This document shows positions 44,477 through 57,744 of a DNA stretch of 64,000 bases, piece by piece (within the stretch, counting starts at the first letter, position 1; each line of letters opens with the position of its first letter). The stretch comes from the human T2T-CHM13v2.0 reference genome, Homo sapiens. The notes under the pieces are model-generated. The model did no database searches. It was not told the DNA's origin and saw only the letters and a program-made list of their open reading frames with translations. The position numbers were made by a program, and so were the translations under genes. Where the stretch lies: the NCBI RefSeq assembly GCF_009914755.1, contig NC_060925.1; one strand, given 5' to 3'.

Positions 44477-46261
44477 GTTAAGGTTTCTCAATCCCTTTTG
44501 CTGTAGGTGCCTTTTGCTTTATAGAGCATCAAATAAGGATACTTCAGGAAATGCTGCTTTCAACCAAAGGAAAGATATAATCTAGAAATTTTGGACACTG
44601 TTAAGGGACTTTTGGAAGATATCTTGGGGGAGTTAAGAGGTGCTTTCAGCATGCTTCAGTTTCTACTGACCCTTTGGGAATACAGTCATAAGCAGTGGAA
44701 TGTTGAGGGGATTGTGACTTGTAGTCAGGAATCCTGGGTTTCAATCCTAGGTCTGCCACCAACTCCCTCTGTAGCCCTGGGCCATTCAGTTACCCTCTCT
44801 GCGGTGCAGTGTACTCATGTGTAAAATGCAGGGCTAGATGCAGGAACATCAAGACCACCAGAGACCAGTCACATTCACTCAGATCGCTGCAACAAAGTGT
44901 TTGCTGAGGGGAAAGAAAAGGAAGAACAAGGCAGCATGCATATTTAATGTTGCAGTAAAACATAGCAGTGCCCAAGACTCCAACAATCAATTCAGGAGCA
45001 GGTCATCTGAAACTAAAGGTCCCCTGTTAATAGTGCTCCAGACCGTAGAAATTGAGGTAAATAAGCAGCTAGTTGTGTGTAAGAATACTGCTGGTAGTGG
45101 AGGGGCCTTCTCCACCCACCACCCATATTTTCTAATGCTTCAAGTGGGACATGCAACTTAGCCACCACTTATTCTGGGACTGAGGTCTCTTCCTACGCTG
45201 CCGAAGTATTTTCATATGTCCCCCACGCCCTGTGTCCACCAGCCCCATGTCCACAGCCTATCAGAACCTAGGGCATCAGTGTCCAGTGGTCTCACAATAC
45301 TGAAGGCTGCATTAATTTTGGACCACACAGTAAGAAAGCTGAGCTCACTAGTCACAGCCAGCCTCTTGAAATGCGAGATTTATAACATGCAAAAGCCGTT
45401 TCCAAAGCTTCACATTTGCATTTCCTACTTTGTTGGTGATAGATTGAAAGCATTAACTGCAAAGCAAGTAAAACCCAGAGGCTGGATGGCATTCAAACCT
45501 AATTGATTCAACAGGTGTTTCCTGAACTGATAGCATCTCTGCACAGAGCCCAAGGTAAGGGAGGGAGGAGATGTTCATTTATCTAGGTTATAAGACCTAT
45601 CATTTCCTTCCTGACATAGATATTCTCTTTAATCCTCATTGTGAGGTATTCAGTGACACCATGTGACAGGTAAAGGGGCCTGAAAAGTAACTTGCTGAAT
45701 ATCACAAGTAGGTGGGAGAATCCAAAATTTTATACTAGAGCTGTCTAATTTTAACGTCTGAGTTTTCCACTAAGACTTCAAGTTGTCTTACCAATTGTAG
45801 AGACAAATAAAGAATCATTGTTGCCCCCAGGAACTGATGTGGGTATGGAGAAATGACATAGGTCAGATGGGGCTGAATGGCGGGAAGGGCACAGAACTGA
45901 GTCAGGAAGTGTGTGTGTTTCTCTGCTTTGGTCTCTAGAAAAAAAAAAACTAAATTTACATATACCTCTATCTATTTTTAAAGATAAGTTAAAAATAAAT
46001 ATATTGCTCTACTTTCTACTCCATGGGGTCATAGAATTACAAGACTAAAATCTTATAGGATGTCATATAAATCATCTTATCTAAGTCCGTTGTTTTACAC
46101 TAAGAAAAGGGATCGTCAGACAACTTAAATAACTTGCCTTAGGGCACACAGTAAAGTAACCACAAAAGTTTGGCCTGGAACCTGTGTCCCCTCTTCTTAG
46201 TCTACTGCACATCCCATTACACCACTTCTCAGCCTTTTAACTGAATCAAAGAGAATGAGTA

Positions 46262-46490
46262 TCCCATTCATATCCATTCATCACCATCCATCCATTCATC
46301 TATCCATCTATCCATCCATTTATCCATTCACCCTCCATCTATCTACCCTCCATCTATCCATCTTCCATCCAACCACCCCCATCCATCCATCGGTCTATCC
46401 ATCCATCCACCTCTATCACCCTCTATGCATCCAACTATCCATCCAATCATCCATCCATCCCCCATTTATTCAACCATTGATTCATCCTTC
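46262..46490. repeat. Degenerate (TCCA)n
   Basis: Directly visible. Confidence 0.85.
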
Positions 46491-48139
46491 CTTATAGCCA
46501 ACTCCAGCCAAGTGTCTACTCCAAGCCAAATCCCAAGCCAGATCCTGAAGACTCTAAGCTTTCTGCCTGTTACAGCAGCATGTTGTCACCTCTAGACACA
46601 ATGTAATAGTGAATCTAGGCCAGACTTCTGCTCCATGGTATCAGACTACATATTCAAGTGTCACAAATAGAGAACATACAGGTGAGAGGAACGTTCCCCA
46701 GGGCTTGAGGTTGTCATAGGTTTCAGCTGGAAGTGCTTCTAAAGGCATTCTGGTGCTGAGTTTACGGCACATGCATGCATTTGAGCCAGGGATTATGGGA
46801 AGGTCTGACATTTGAGGGTTGGTCAAGACCTGTACTTACAGCTTAGATTTGGGCTGGAAAAAAATATTTTTCTCATAAACATAATATTATGATATTATTT
46901 AAAAATATAATGATGAATGTTGGCAAAAATTTTACCTGATTATATTTATCCACTCACAAGTATTTGTTGAGCACTAGCTATGCATTTTCATGTTTTTCAT
47001 TTAATGCTCACAGTAAGTTTATAAGGTAGACATCAATAACTTCTATACCTTCACTTCATGGGCACAGAAACTGAGCTCAGAGAAGTATAAAACTTGCCCT
47101 TAGTCATGCAGATAGTAAGTAGCAGAACCAAGATTTTAACCCAGGACTCTTGGACTTCAAACTAACACTAGAATAAGCTGACTCCCCAAACAGTTTGCAC
47201 TCCAAAAGTGGAAGAAATAGCTCCTTGTTATGGGGCTTAAAGAAAGTCTCACAAAATAAAATTTCAACCAGAGAAGGTAGGGTTCTAGAGGTAGAGAGGG
47301 CCAAGAAGGGCATCCTGAGGAATACAAACAGCTTGAGAAAAAGCACACAAACAGGGAAGCATGGGCCAGGCTCAGAAAACAATGAGTTTGAGGTTTGTGC
47401 ACTGGGATCTGATCATGGGGCACTGGGCTTGAAAGAAGTGGGTTGGGGGATTGTCATGGCACCTGACTTCAGTCTTATGAGCAATGAGGAGCCACTAAAG
47501 GTTTCTGAGTAGAAAAACAATGCAATAAAGTCTGTACTTTCAAAATATGCAATCTGGTGGTGAAAAATATGGAAGCTTGAAGGAGGAAGATCATTTAAGT
47601 GGGTAATGTTTATGGGGTAGAAAAGAGGGAATGAGAAGTTAGGCAGGGTGGTAAAGGGGAGAAAGAAAAAGGAAGAGAAGAAAGTGAATGATGCTGAAGA
47701 GTTTGGATCAATGGATGAGTGAGAACTAAAAAAATTGATGAGTGGGTGAATAGGTAAATGGATGGACAAATGAATGAATGAGTGAATAGGTGGGTGGGTT
47801 GATAGATGAAGAGATGGTTACTTGTGCTTGGGCTGGTCCTTCTCCAGAGAAATATATTTCCCTTAGCTTAAACTCCACCATCAAGGTGTGTAATTTGGGG
47901 CTTTTTCCTTCATGAGATCTCAGCCAGTATTATAGACCTGGCAGCTCCTACTTCATTTCATTTCTAGGTAGAGAGACCAGAGCACGAAAACCTCTCACTG
48001 TTCCACCCCGCACATCACCTTCAGATTCTTCCGTCAAAACCATAATGTCATCATTTCCCCTGCCCCAAGATACTTCATGGGCTCCCCATGGCCAATGTGA
48101 TCAAAATACATTATTGGTTCTGCCACCCATGATGTTTAC

Positions 48140-48515
48140 TGTATTCGTCCATTCTCATGCTACTATGAAGAAATACCCGAGACTGAGCAATTTATAAAGG
48201 AAAGAGGTTTAACTGACTTGCAGTTCTGCAAGGCAGGGGAGGTCTCAGGAAAATTACGATCATGGCAAAAGGAGAAGCAAACACGTCCTTCTTCACATGG
48301 CATTAGCAAGGAGAAGTGCCAAGCAAAGGCGGAAAAGGCCCTTATAAAACCATCAGATCTTGTGAGAACTCACTATTATGAGAACAGCATGAGGGGTAAC
48401 TGCTCCTCTGATTCAATTACTTCCCACCAGGATCCTCCCATGACAAGAGAGGATTATGGGAACTACAATTTAAGGTGAGATTTGGGTTGGGTGGGGACAC
48501 AGCCAAACCGTATCA
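48140..48515 (-). mobile_element. THE1D-like solo LTR
   Basis: TG...CA termini; perfect TSD TTTAC at 48135-48139 and 48516-48520. Confidence 0.92.
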
Positions 48516-49776
48516 TTTACCGAGCATGGTACTAAAAGTCTGATACGAAGTCTGTGAAAAGCTTAAGCCTTGCTAAAAGATGTAATTTGATTTGAACCTG
48601 GTCAGACCACTTCCTAGATGTGTGGCCTTGGGCAAATGACTTAATTGCATTCAAACTTACCTATAAAATGGTGTAACACTTTCATTTTCAGGGATGCTTT
48701 GGGGATTAATTTAGCTAATACATAAAGTGCCCAGGCCACAGGAGGTGCTCAATAGTGGAAACTATATTATTAAATAAGATACTCTAATCCTTGTATAAGG
48801 GCTCTTTTTAACATCTTCATTCTCTCAAGGATCACTGGGTATCTTGGTGTCTTTAAACAGAGACTCCTGCAATGGCATATTTTGTGCATCTGGAAGATTA
48901 ACCATCCTCCCACCCCTACCGTACTACCCTTTATCGCAAATCCACAAATTGAGTGTCCTTTTTTCTTCAACATTTGCCAATGGTTAGCTCCATCCCTCTT
49001 ATCTTCCAGGTCTTTCTCTACCAAGGTAATTCTCATTGTTTGGTTAAGATGCTACTTGAGGCTCAATAGAAGAATGATACTTTCTAGCTTCACCATGTGG
49101 TATGGAATATGGTTCAGCCATCACAACTCTCTCCTTGGCACTGACATCAAAGAGAAAGTGCTACATTTAGCAGAACTTGCAAGAGGCAGTGCTATAATCA
49201 GGTATCCATCTGCTTGGCAAGTGCTGGCATTTTCAGCCTTTGTCTCCCTCCATCATGTTGAACAACATTATGATACTGAAAAGGATAAAAAATCCTTAAA
49301 AGCATGGAAATATAAAGGCATCATAGACCAAGTGAAATTGCTTCCCTTTGCTCATAATCTTCCCTCTGACCAGATGCTACTTCTCCAGATTCTCCACTGA
49401 CATCCTTTAGGAGTTCACAGGAGAACTAAAAAAAAAAAATCTCTAATTATATACTCATTTTGCCCTTCCCTGTTTAATGCCTAGCTCCCCCACTGCTCTA
49501 TGAGTCCATGAAAGTAGTAGAGACTGTGTTCATTTTGTTTTGTTCTGTTTCCCTAAGGTCTAGCAGAATTTCTGGCACACAGTCCTCGGGATGTATTTGT
49601 TAAATAAATGAATAAATCACTGATAGAATAAATGAAAAAGTGATTAGTGAAGGAGTAAATAAGTAAATAGATAGTTCCAATACAAGGTATTAAGTACAAC
49701 TCTTGCAGGAAATATGAGGCATAATAAGAACCAGCAGAGGATGAGGAAACTCAATCTAAAAACCAGGAAAGCTTCC

Positions 49777-50563
49777 TGTACTAGTCCGTTACTATAAAGA
49801 AATATCTGAATGGGTGTTTTATAAAGAAAAGAGGTTTAATTGGCTCGTGGTTCTGCAGGCTATACAGGAAGCATGGTGCCAGCATCTGCTCAGCTCCTAG
49901 GGAGGCCTCAGGGAGCTTTTACTCATAGAGGAAGGTGAAGCAGGAGCAGGCATATCACATGGCCAGAGCAAGAGCGAGAGAGAGAGAGTTGGGGAGGTAG
50001 TTGTATTAGTCTGCTCTCACGCCGCTAATAAGGACATACCCGAGACTGGGTAATTTACAAAGGAAAGAGGTTTTATTGACTCACAGTTCCACATGGCTGG
50101 GGAGGCCTCACAATCATGGTGGAAAGCAAAGAGGTATGAAGTCACCTCTTACATGGTGGCAGGCAAGAGAGCGTGTGTAGGGGAACTGCCCTTTATAAAA
50201 CCATCAGATCTCGTGAGACTTATTCACTATCACGAGAACAGCATGGGAAAAACCTGCCCCCATGATTCAATTACCTCCCAACAGGTCCCTCCCATGATAT
50301 GTGAAGATTATAGAGGCTACAATTTAAGATGAGATTTGCGTAGGGACACAGCCAAACCACATCAGAGGTGCCACATACTTTTAAATGGCCAGATCTCATG
50401 TGAACTCAGAGCCAGAGCTCACTCTCTCCAAGGGAATGTCCCAAGCCATTCATGAGGGATCTGCACTCATGATCCAATCACCTCCAACCAGGCCCCACCT
50501 CCAACATTGGGGATTACATTTCAACACGAGATTTGCATGGGGACAAATACCCAAACTACGTCA
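49777..50563 (-). mobile_element. MSTB-like LTR, split by THE1 and itself inserted in an L2
   Basis: GCATGGTGCCAGCATCTGCTC; resumes after 50364; TSD CTTCC/TTTCC. Confidence 0.88.
50002..50364 (-). mobile_element. THE1B/C solo LTR
   Basis: TGTATTAGTC...GCCAAACCACATCA; GAGGT on both sides (left copy offset by AGT). Confidence 0.92.
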
Positions 50564-51776
50564 TTTCCCAAAGGAAGTGACAGCTGCTTTGAGTTTTGAA
50601 GTAAAAACAGGAGTTGGTTTTATGGAGTTGGTAATGGAAGGGCATTCTGGGTAGAGGGAACAGCTTGGACAAAGGGCAGAGATGTGATACAACATGGCAT
50701 GTTCAGAGAATTACAAGTAATTCTTTTGACCTAGACAAAGTACCTTCCACCGCCTTTCCCTGACCAACTTTCTTGCTTGATTCCACACAACTCCAGTTAG
50801 ACACAACTTTACTCAGTTCTCAAAACACAGCAGGCCCTGGTCAGTCACCGTGTCTTTGTGTATGTTGGTTCTCCTGCCCCTCTCTGCCTGCCTAAATTTT
50901 AACCAACGTTCATGAGCCGATGCTGCTTCCCTTGCTTCAGGGACCTTCTCTGTGGGCTCCATCCCTGAATAAGAGGCATGGACACTCCTTCACACTACTG
51001 GCTCCTCCACAGAGGGCAGGGCATGCTCTCCCTGCCTCAGTCTCTCCGGCCAAGTTCCTGCCACACCTCATTTATCCCCTGCCACTCGGCTGCCTTGGTC
51101 TCTCAGTCAGACAAGGATGGAACAGGAATATGATGCCAGCAGCATTAAGCTGGTGTTTCAGAAACAGTTTTCATGGAACAGTGAGCTAAGCATATGATTT
51201 TTAAAAAGAGGGTTTCCAGATGAACTGTTAATTCCATTTTTAATTTCTTTTAGGTTCCTGAAAGGGGACTGAGGGGACTGAGTGGTGGCGTTTTTGTTTC
51301 TGCAGGAAATGGAGTCTCTTCATCCTTGATCTAGGGGAGATGGGCACTGCCATTAAAATTGCAGTCTCATTCCTGGCCCCCATAAGAGCCTAAATCAGAG
51401 CTTTTAAATACAAAGTGAAAGGAGATTTCCTTGGATCTAAGCCTATGCTCCCTTTCATGGCCCTGGGCCAGGGAAGAAAAGGAAGAGAAGGTAACCTTTG
51501 AATATATTTTTCTGTTCCCCTAACCTTCTATATTTCACAGAAACTTCTTTTTGCAGCTTTTACCACCTGCCTAATTCGTTCTCATGCTTCAAGGCCTTGC
51601 TCAGATGCCCCTACCTCTCTCCATCTTTCCTGGTCACCACACTGTGCATTAATTGCTCCCTTCTCTCTGCAGCCAGAGCCTTTTCTTTATGTCTCCATCT
51701 TAATGCCTCTCAGTCTGATTTTTATAAGAATCAGTTGCCTGAACTTCTCACCATTTGTGCCATAAGTTCTCTAAGG

Positions 51777-51981
51777 CAATGGCTCTCAAAGTTGTCCCTA
51801 GACCTGTAGCATCAGCTTCACCTGGGCACTTATTGGAAATGGAAATTCTCGGTGTTCCTTCTGGAGTGCCACTCTTCAACCAGACCTACTGATTAGAAAC
51901 TCCGGTGGTGAAACCCAGCAATCTGAGTTTCAGTAGGCCCTCCAGAAGATTCTAAAGCACACTGAAGTTTGAGGGCCATTA
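51777..51981. mobile_element. MER5A
   Basis: CAATGGCTCTCAAAG...CCAGACCTACTGA...AAGTTTGAG; TSD-like CTCTAAGG/TTTTAAGG. Confidence 0.8.
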
Positions 51982-54694
51982 TTTTAAGGGTAGGAACAGG
52001 GAACTATTCGTCTGAGAAAGTACCCCTCACCAAATGTACACACACAGTAAGTCCTCAATAAATGCTTTATTGAATGGAAGTGTTTACATGACACAGCCCC
52101 TAACATGCTGGTAATAATAATCTAGAGTGGAAAAGAAGATGCCTAAAGAAGCACCCACTCAATAATGGAGATGAGGGATATATACACAACTGGCCAGCTA
52201 GCCACCCCACCAGTGCATCTTAAACCAATATAAAAAGTTGCAAAAGATTATGCTACATAACAGCAGGTATTCATTCCAAATCAGCTGATAACTGCCATGT
52301 TTCTGAGACACTCCTGAAATATTTACCACCAGAAGTTCTTCATTATTAAGAACGGTGTGGTTGGACAGTTCTGAGATCTCTGTTTGCATCCAAAGCTGTT
52401 TCACAGACTTTGAGGATGGAGGCTACCACGTTTGGGAGCCCTGGCAGCAGAGACAGGCAATAACAGCACTTATTATTGTATGGATTCAATATAAAGCAGG
52501 TCAAAATCCTGCTCCCTGGAACACAAAAACTACCTAGAATAAAAGTCTGAAATAACACAGCTGTCTTCTAAGCTGTTATTATTTTCCTCCAATAACAGCA
52601 TGGCAAAGGGTTTCACTTTACTTACCTTACTCAAGAAAGACTCCTAGTTTCAAAACAAAAGATTACAGTCCCCTCACCCAGATCCTTTCTACTATGTTTT
52701 TCTCGCCCTGACAGTACCATATATCTGAATATGTATTTTTTCACACAACCAGATTTTAACTGCACAAACAGGATGATGTCTTGTCAGAGCATTTATTTTA
52801 TCCTTACTGCCTTTTTCCTCCATTTAATTCCTTCCTTCCGTTTAGTTGCATTTTATTTCTTTAAGGAGGGTCAGTACATTTTAATCACAATGTACACTGG
52901 CTTGCTAGAACTATTGATGGAAGAATTCAAAGCTCAACACTCAGTTCATTTAGACGGGAACTACCAAGTTCAATGAGAAAAGCAAAGGGTAAAATGAAAT
53001 TACACAGCTTTTTGGCTGACTTCCCATTTCTGTGTATATAAAGGCATGGGATGGCCTTTGATGGCCCAGATTCTGAAACAATAATGCCCTAGGAGGAGTT
53101 CATATAATATTAAAAGCATGTTATTAAGGGAGATAAATATAAAACCCAATTTTATTTTAAAAACTGACTTGGCAAGTAAAGATTATCAACAGTCCTTTCT
53201 TTCTTACTTCAAAATAACAATTATCACCAAAATAATGACTAACATTTGTACAGTGCTTTACAGTTTAGAAAATGCTTTTTACATCTATCAAGTCCATTAA
53301 TCAGTATGGTCATTACTAATAGCTAAGATTTACATAGAGCTTACAATTCACCAGGCATTGTGCCAAGCACCTTACATGGATTATGTAACTTAATCTTCAT
53401 AACAACCCTGGGGTATGTCCTCATTTTACATAAATGAAAACCGAAGTTAAGTGACTTGCACTAGGTCGCAAAGTTGGTAAGCCATCAATCTAACATGTAA
53501 ACCCAAGCTCTGACTCTACCAGAATGAGTAGAAGCATTTTATAGGAAAGAATTTCAGGCTCAGCCAGGTTTGGTGATACACCCGGGGTCACCCAGCAGCA
53601 AGCAGCAGAGCCTGAATGAGAACACAAATGTCCTGATTGCCCAGGTCAGAGTTGTGCCATGCAGCCTGGGCATACCATGTCCACACACAGGCCTACAAGA
53701 GACAAAGGCCCTTGCTGCTATTCCAGTCTGTCTCCTAGGCAGACAGAACTCCTTGTACCTAGTTTAATCTTCCTTCTATAGCTAACAAACACAGTAAAAC
53801 AGAAAAGAGAAAGAAGAATAACAAATAAGTGCTACTGAAAAAGAACATCAGAAGAGGCAAAGCATAGGCAGTCAGGGGATGGGGCTGCAGATGGGTCTGT
53901 GTGAGAATACAAACAAGAGACGGAAACCTTTTGTACTTGCTAAATATTCAGAAAGGCTACATTGTACTGCATGAAAGAACCAGCCCAAACCAGCTTCACA
54001 TGCCAAGGAATATCCACGCAGACATTGCTTTCACAGTGAGGTGCCATCCTGCCGGAGGATGCGGGAATGGTGAGATGGTAGCACAGATCCCTCATGGGAC
54101 TTTTTTGGGGCAATGCCTATACCTGCAGGTGCAGTGCCCTGCAATGTGCCTGGCACATTTGGAACTCCCAGAGAGTTTTTTGTTGAATTGAACTGGTGGC
54201 CATTATCCGCAACACATGACGCATCTCTGTCTCGGTTTCTTTTCTGTAAAATGGGAACAATATTAGTACTCCCGTCACATGGATGTCGTAAAGATTAAAT
54301 ATAATGATGAAAGTAAGGCATAGAGCACATCGTCTGGCCCACAGTGGGTGTTCAATAACTGATGGTAGTGGTGGTTGTTAAGTTAATACTGGCATCACAT
54401 GAAGGCATATTGCTAAATACTACAATTATTGAAATCATCCAGTCCAAATTCCTCATTTTACAGATGGGGAAGTTGAGGCCCATAGAGGGAAAGAGCTTAT
54501 CTCAGCAGTCACTCAGCTTTTATCATGGAGATTAAAAGAGCAGTCACTCAGCTTTTATCAAGGAGAAAAATAGAAAGTCAACTGTACCTACTACATCTGC
54601 TGGTCCAATGATTGTTTCCACGGACATGCGCTTCACTGACATAAAAGGAAGAATTTAAGCAGGAATATCTGACTGCTGCTCCCAGTCTAGAAAG

Positions 54695-55123
54695 GACACG
54701 CAATATGGGTTTGAACTGCATGGTTCCACTTACACATAGATTTTCTTCTACCTCTGCCACCCATGAGATAGCAAGACTAACCCCTCCTCCTTCTCCTCAG
54801 CCTCAGCCTACTTAACATGAAAACAGCATGAAGACCTTTATGATGGCCCACTTCTACCTAATGAACAGTAAACATATTTTCTCTTCCTTGTAATTTTCTT
54901 AATAACATTATCTTTTATCTAGCTTACTTTATTGTAAAAATACAGTACATAATCCATATAACATACTAAATTTGTGTTAATTGACTGTTTAGGTTATTGG
55001 TAAGGCTTCTGGTCAACAGTAGGTTATTAGTAATCGTGTTTTTGGGGAGTGAAAATTAAACTCAGATTTTGACTTCATGGGGGGTTGGCTCTTCTAACCC
55101 TCATGTTGTTCAAGGGTCGACTG
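54695..55123. mobile_element. Tigger2a-like TcMar MITE
   Basis: GGGTTTGAACTGCATGGTTCCACTTA...TGTTGTTCAAGGGTCGACTG followed by TA. Confidence 0.85.
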
Positions 55124-55750
55124 TACACATACATAGTGAAGTGGCAAATTAACATATCCATATGTTCATCACCTCAAATAGTTACCGTGTGTGTGTGCAT
55201 GTATGTGTGTGAGGAACACCCAAAATCTACTCATAGTAAATTTCTTATATATAATACAATATAATTAACTAGTCCTCAAGCTGTACATCAGATTTCTAGA
55301 GTTATTCATCCTGCATTACTGCAAGTTTGTACCCTTTGATCTACATCTCTCCATTTTCTCCCCTTCCCACTCCTGGCAATCATGGTTCTATTCTCTGTTT
55401 CTATGTAATCTATGTTGTTTACATTCCACATATAATTGAGATCATGTGATATTTGTCTGTCTCTGCCTGGCTCTATTTCACTTAGCATAATGTCCTCCAA
55501 GTTCACCTATGTTGGCACAAAAGGCAGCATATCCTTTTTTAAGGCTGAATAGTATTCCATTTATAATATATAACAGAATATTCTATTATAAATTCTATTA
55601 TTTATAATAGAATATATGTGAATATATTGCACATATATATGTGAAATATATAACATATACCATAATTCCTTTATCCATCCATCCATCCATCAATGGATAC
55701 TTAGGTTGTTTCCATATCTTGGCTATTGTGTAATGCTGCAGTGAACATGA
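55124..55750 (-). mobile_element. L1MA-type 3' segment
   Basis: ATTAACATATCCAT...GTTTGTACCCTTTGA...TTGGCTATTGTG..ATGCTGCAGTGAACATG. Confidence 0.85.
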
Positions 55751-55874
55751 TATTACCTCACACCTGTTAGGATGGCTATTATCAAAAAGACAAGAAATAG
55801 TAAGTGTTGACAAGGATGTAGAGAGACGGGAACCCTTGTATGCTGTTGGTGGGAATGTAAATAGTATAGCCATT

Positions 55875-56471
<597 letters not shown>

Positions 56472-57372
56472 AAATAGTATAGCCATTATGTAAAATAATA
56501 TAGAGGCTTCTCAAAAAAACAAAAATAGAACTACCATATGGCTCAGCAGTCCCTCTGCAGAGTACATACCCAAAGCAAATAACTTTCATTGAGAGCTTAC
56601 TATGTGCTAGATATTCCCACAAATGCAGTCTCATCTGACCCAACAGTATAAACCTGCAGGAAGCAGGCATTATTATTAAGTCCATTTTGCAGTAGAGGAA
56701 ACTGAAGATTGGAGATATTAAATTAAAAAACTATCCTGTCAACCATCCAATTAGCATTGGAGCAGGGATTTCAATCCATATCTGTATTACTCTGAAGCTC
56801 ATGATATTTTACCAAGACATACTATAGCTGGAGAAAAAAAAAAAAAAAAGCAATCTAAAGTGCCAAAGAAAGCCCCTTGTGTTTTCAGTGACAAATGGAA
56901 TTCAAAATCCATGAAACCAGGGAAAGTATTGAGGAGTCATCAAATCAACAAAATGTTCTCGCCAACATGGTAAGACTTCTGATTTTAAGGCCAAGCTTTC
57001 TCTGTAGCCTGACCTACCATCTGCAACCCCCTCACCATCACTAGCCACACATGCCTTAGTCCAACTGGCAATTACCTACCACCAGGACTATTGCACTTAT
57101 CTCTTAACTGGCCTGTCTTCCACTCTCTCACCCCTACAGGGTATTTTCTACATGGCAGCCAGATTGATATTTTCAGAACACACACCACATCATACTATTT
57201 CCTCAGCTTGAAACTGCCAACCGCTACCCACTGTCTTAGAATATATTCTGAACTCTTTACTGTGACCTGAAAGATGCTACATGGCTTGGCCTCTGTCTGC
57301 CTCTTGACTTTGTGAACTACTTCTTTCTCCCTTGCAAACTACATTTTGACCACTAAGCTTCCTTTCGATCAT

Positions 57373-57744
57373 TGTATTAGTCCATTCTCATGCTGCTAAT
57401 AAAGACATACCTGAGACTGAGTAATTTACAAGGAAAAAAAGGTTTAATGGACTCACAGTTCCACATGGTTGGGGAGGTCTCACAATCATGGCAGAAGGCA
57501 AAGGAGGAGCAAAGGCATGTCTTACATGGTGGCAGGAAAGAGCTTGCGCAGGGGAACTGCCCTTTATAAAACCATCGGATCTCTCGAGACTTTTTCACTA
57601 TCATGAGAGCAGCACAGAAATCACACCCCCCCCCCAACCTCATGATTCAATTACTTCCCACCAGGTCCCTCCAACGACACATGAGGATTATGGGAGCTAC
57701 AATTCAAGATGATATTTGGGTGGGCACACAGCCAAACCATATCA
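57373..57744 (-). mobile_element. THE1B/C solo LTR inserted in an L2
   Basis: TG...CA termini; perfect TSD ATCAT at 57368-57372 and 57745-57749. Confidence 0.93.

Noticed and set aside
46262-47815. (TCCA)n and degenerate (TGGA/TGAA)n in opposite orientation ~1.2 kb apart, as a possible hairpin
   Set aside because: Both are highly degenerate, common L2-tail-associated simple repeats; pairing would be poor.
48882-49400. 172-aa plus-strand ORF
   Set aside because: Non-ATG start, no family resemblance and no clear splice-bounded exon.
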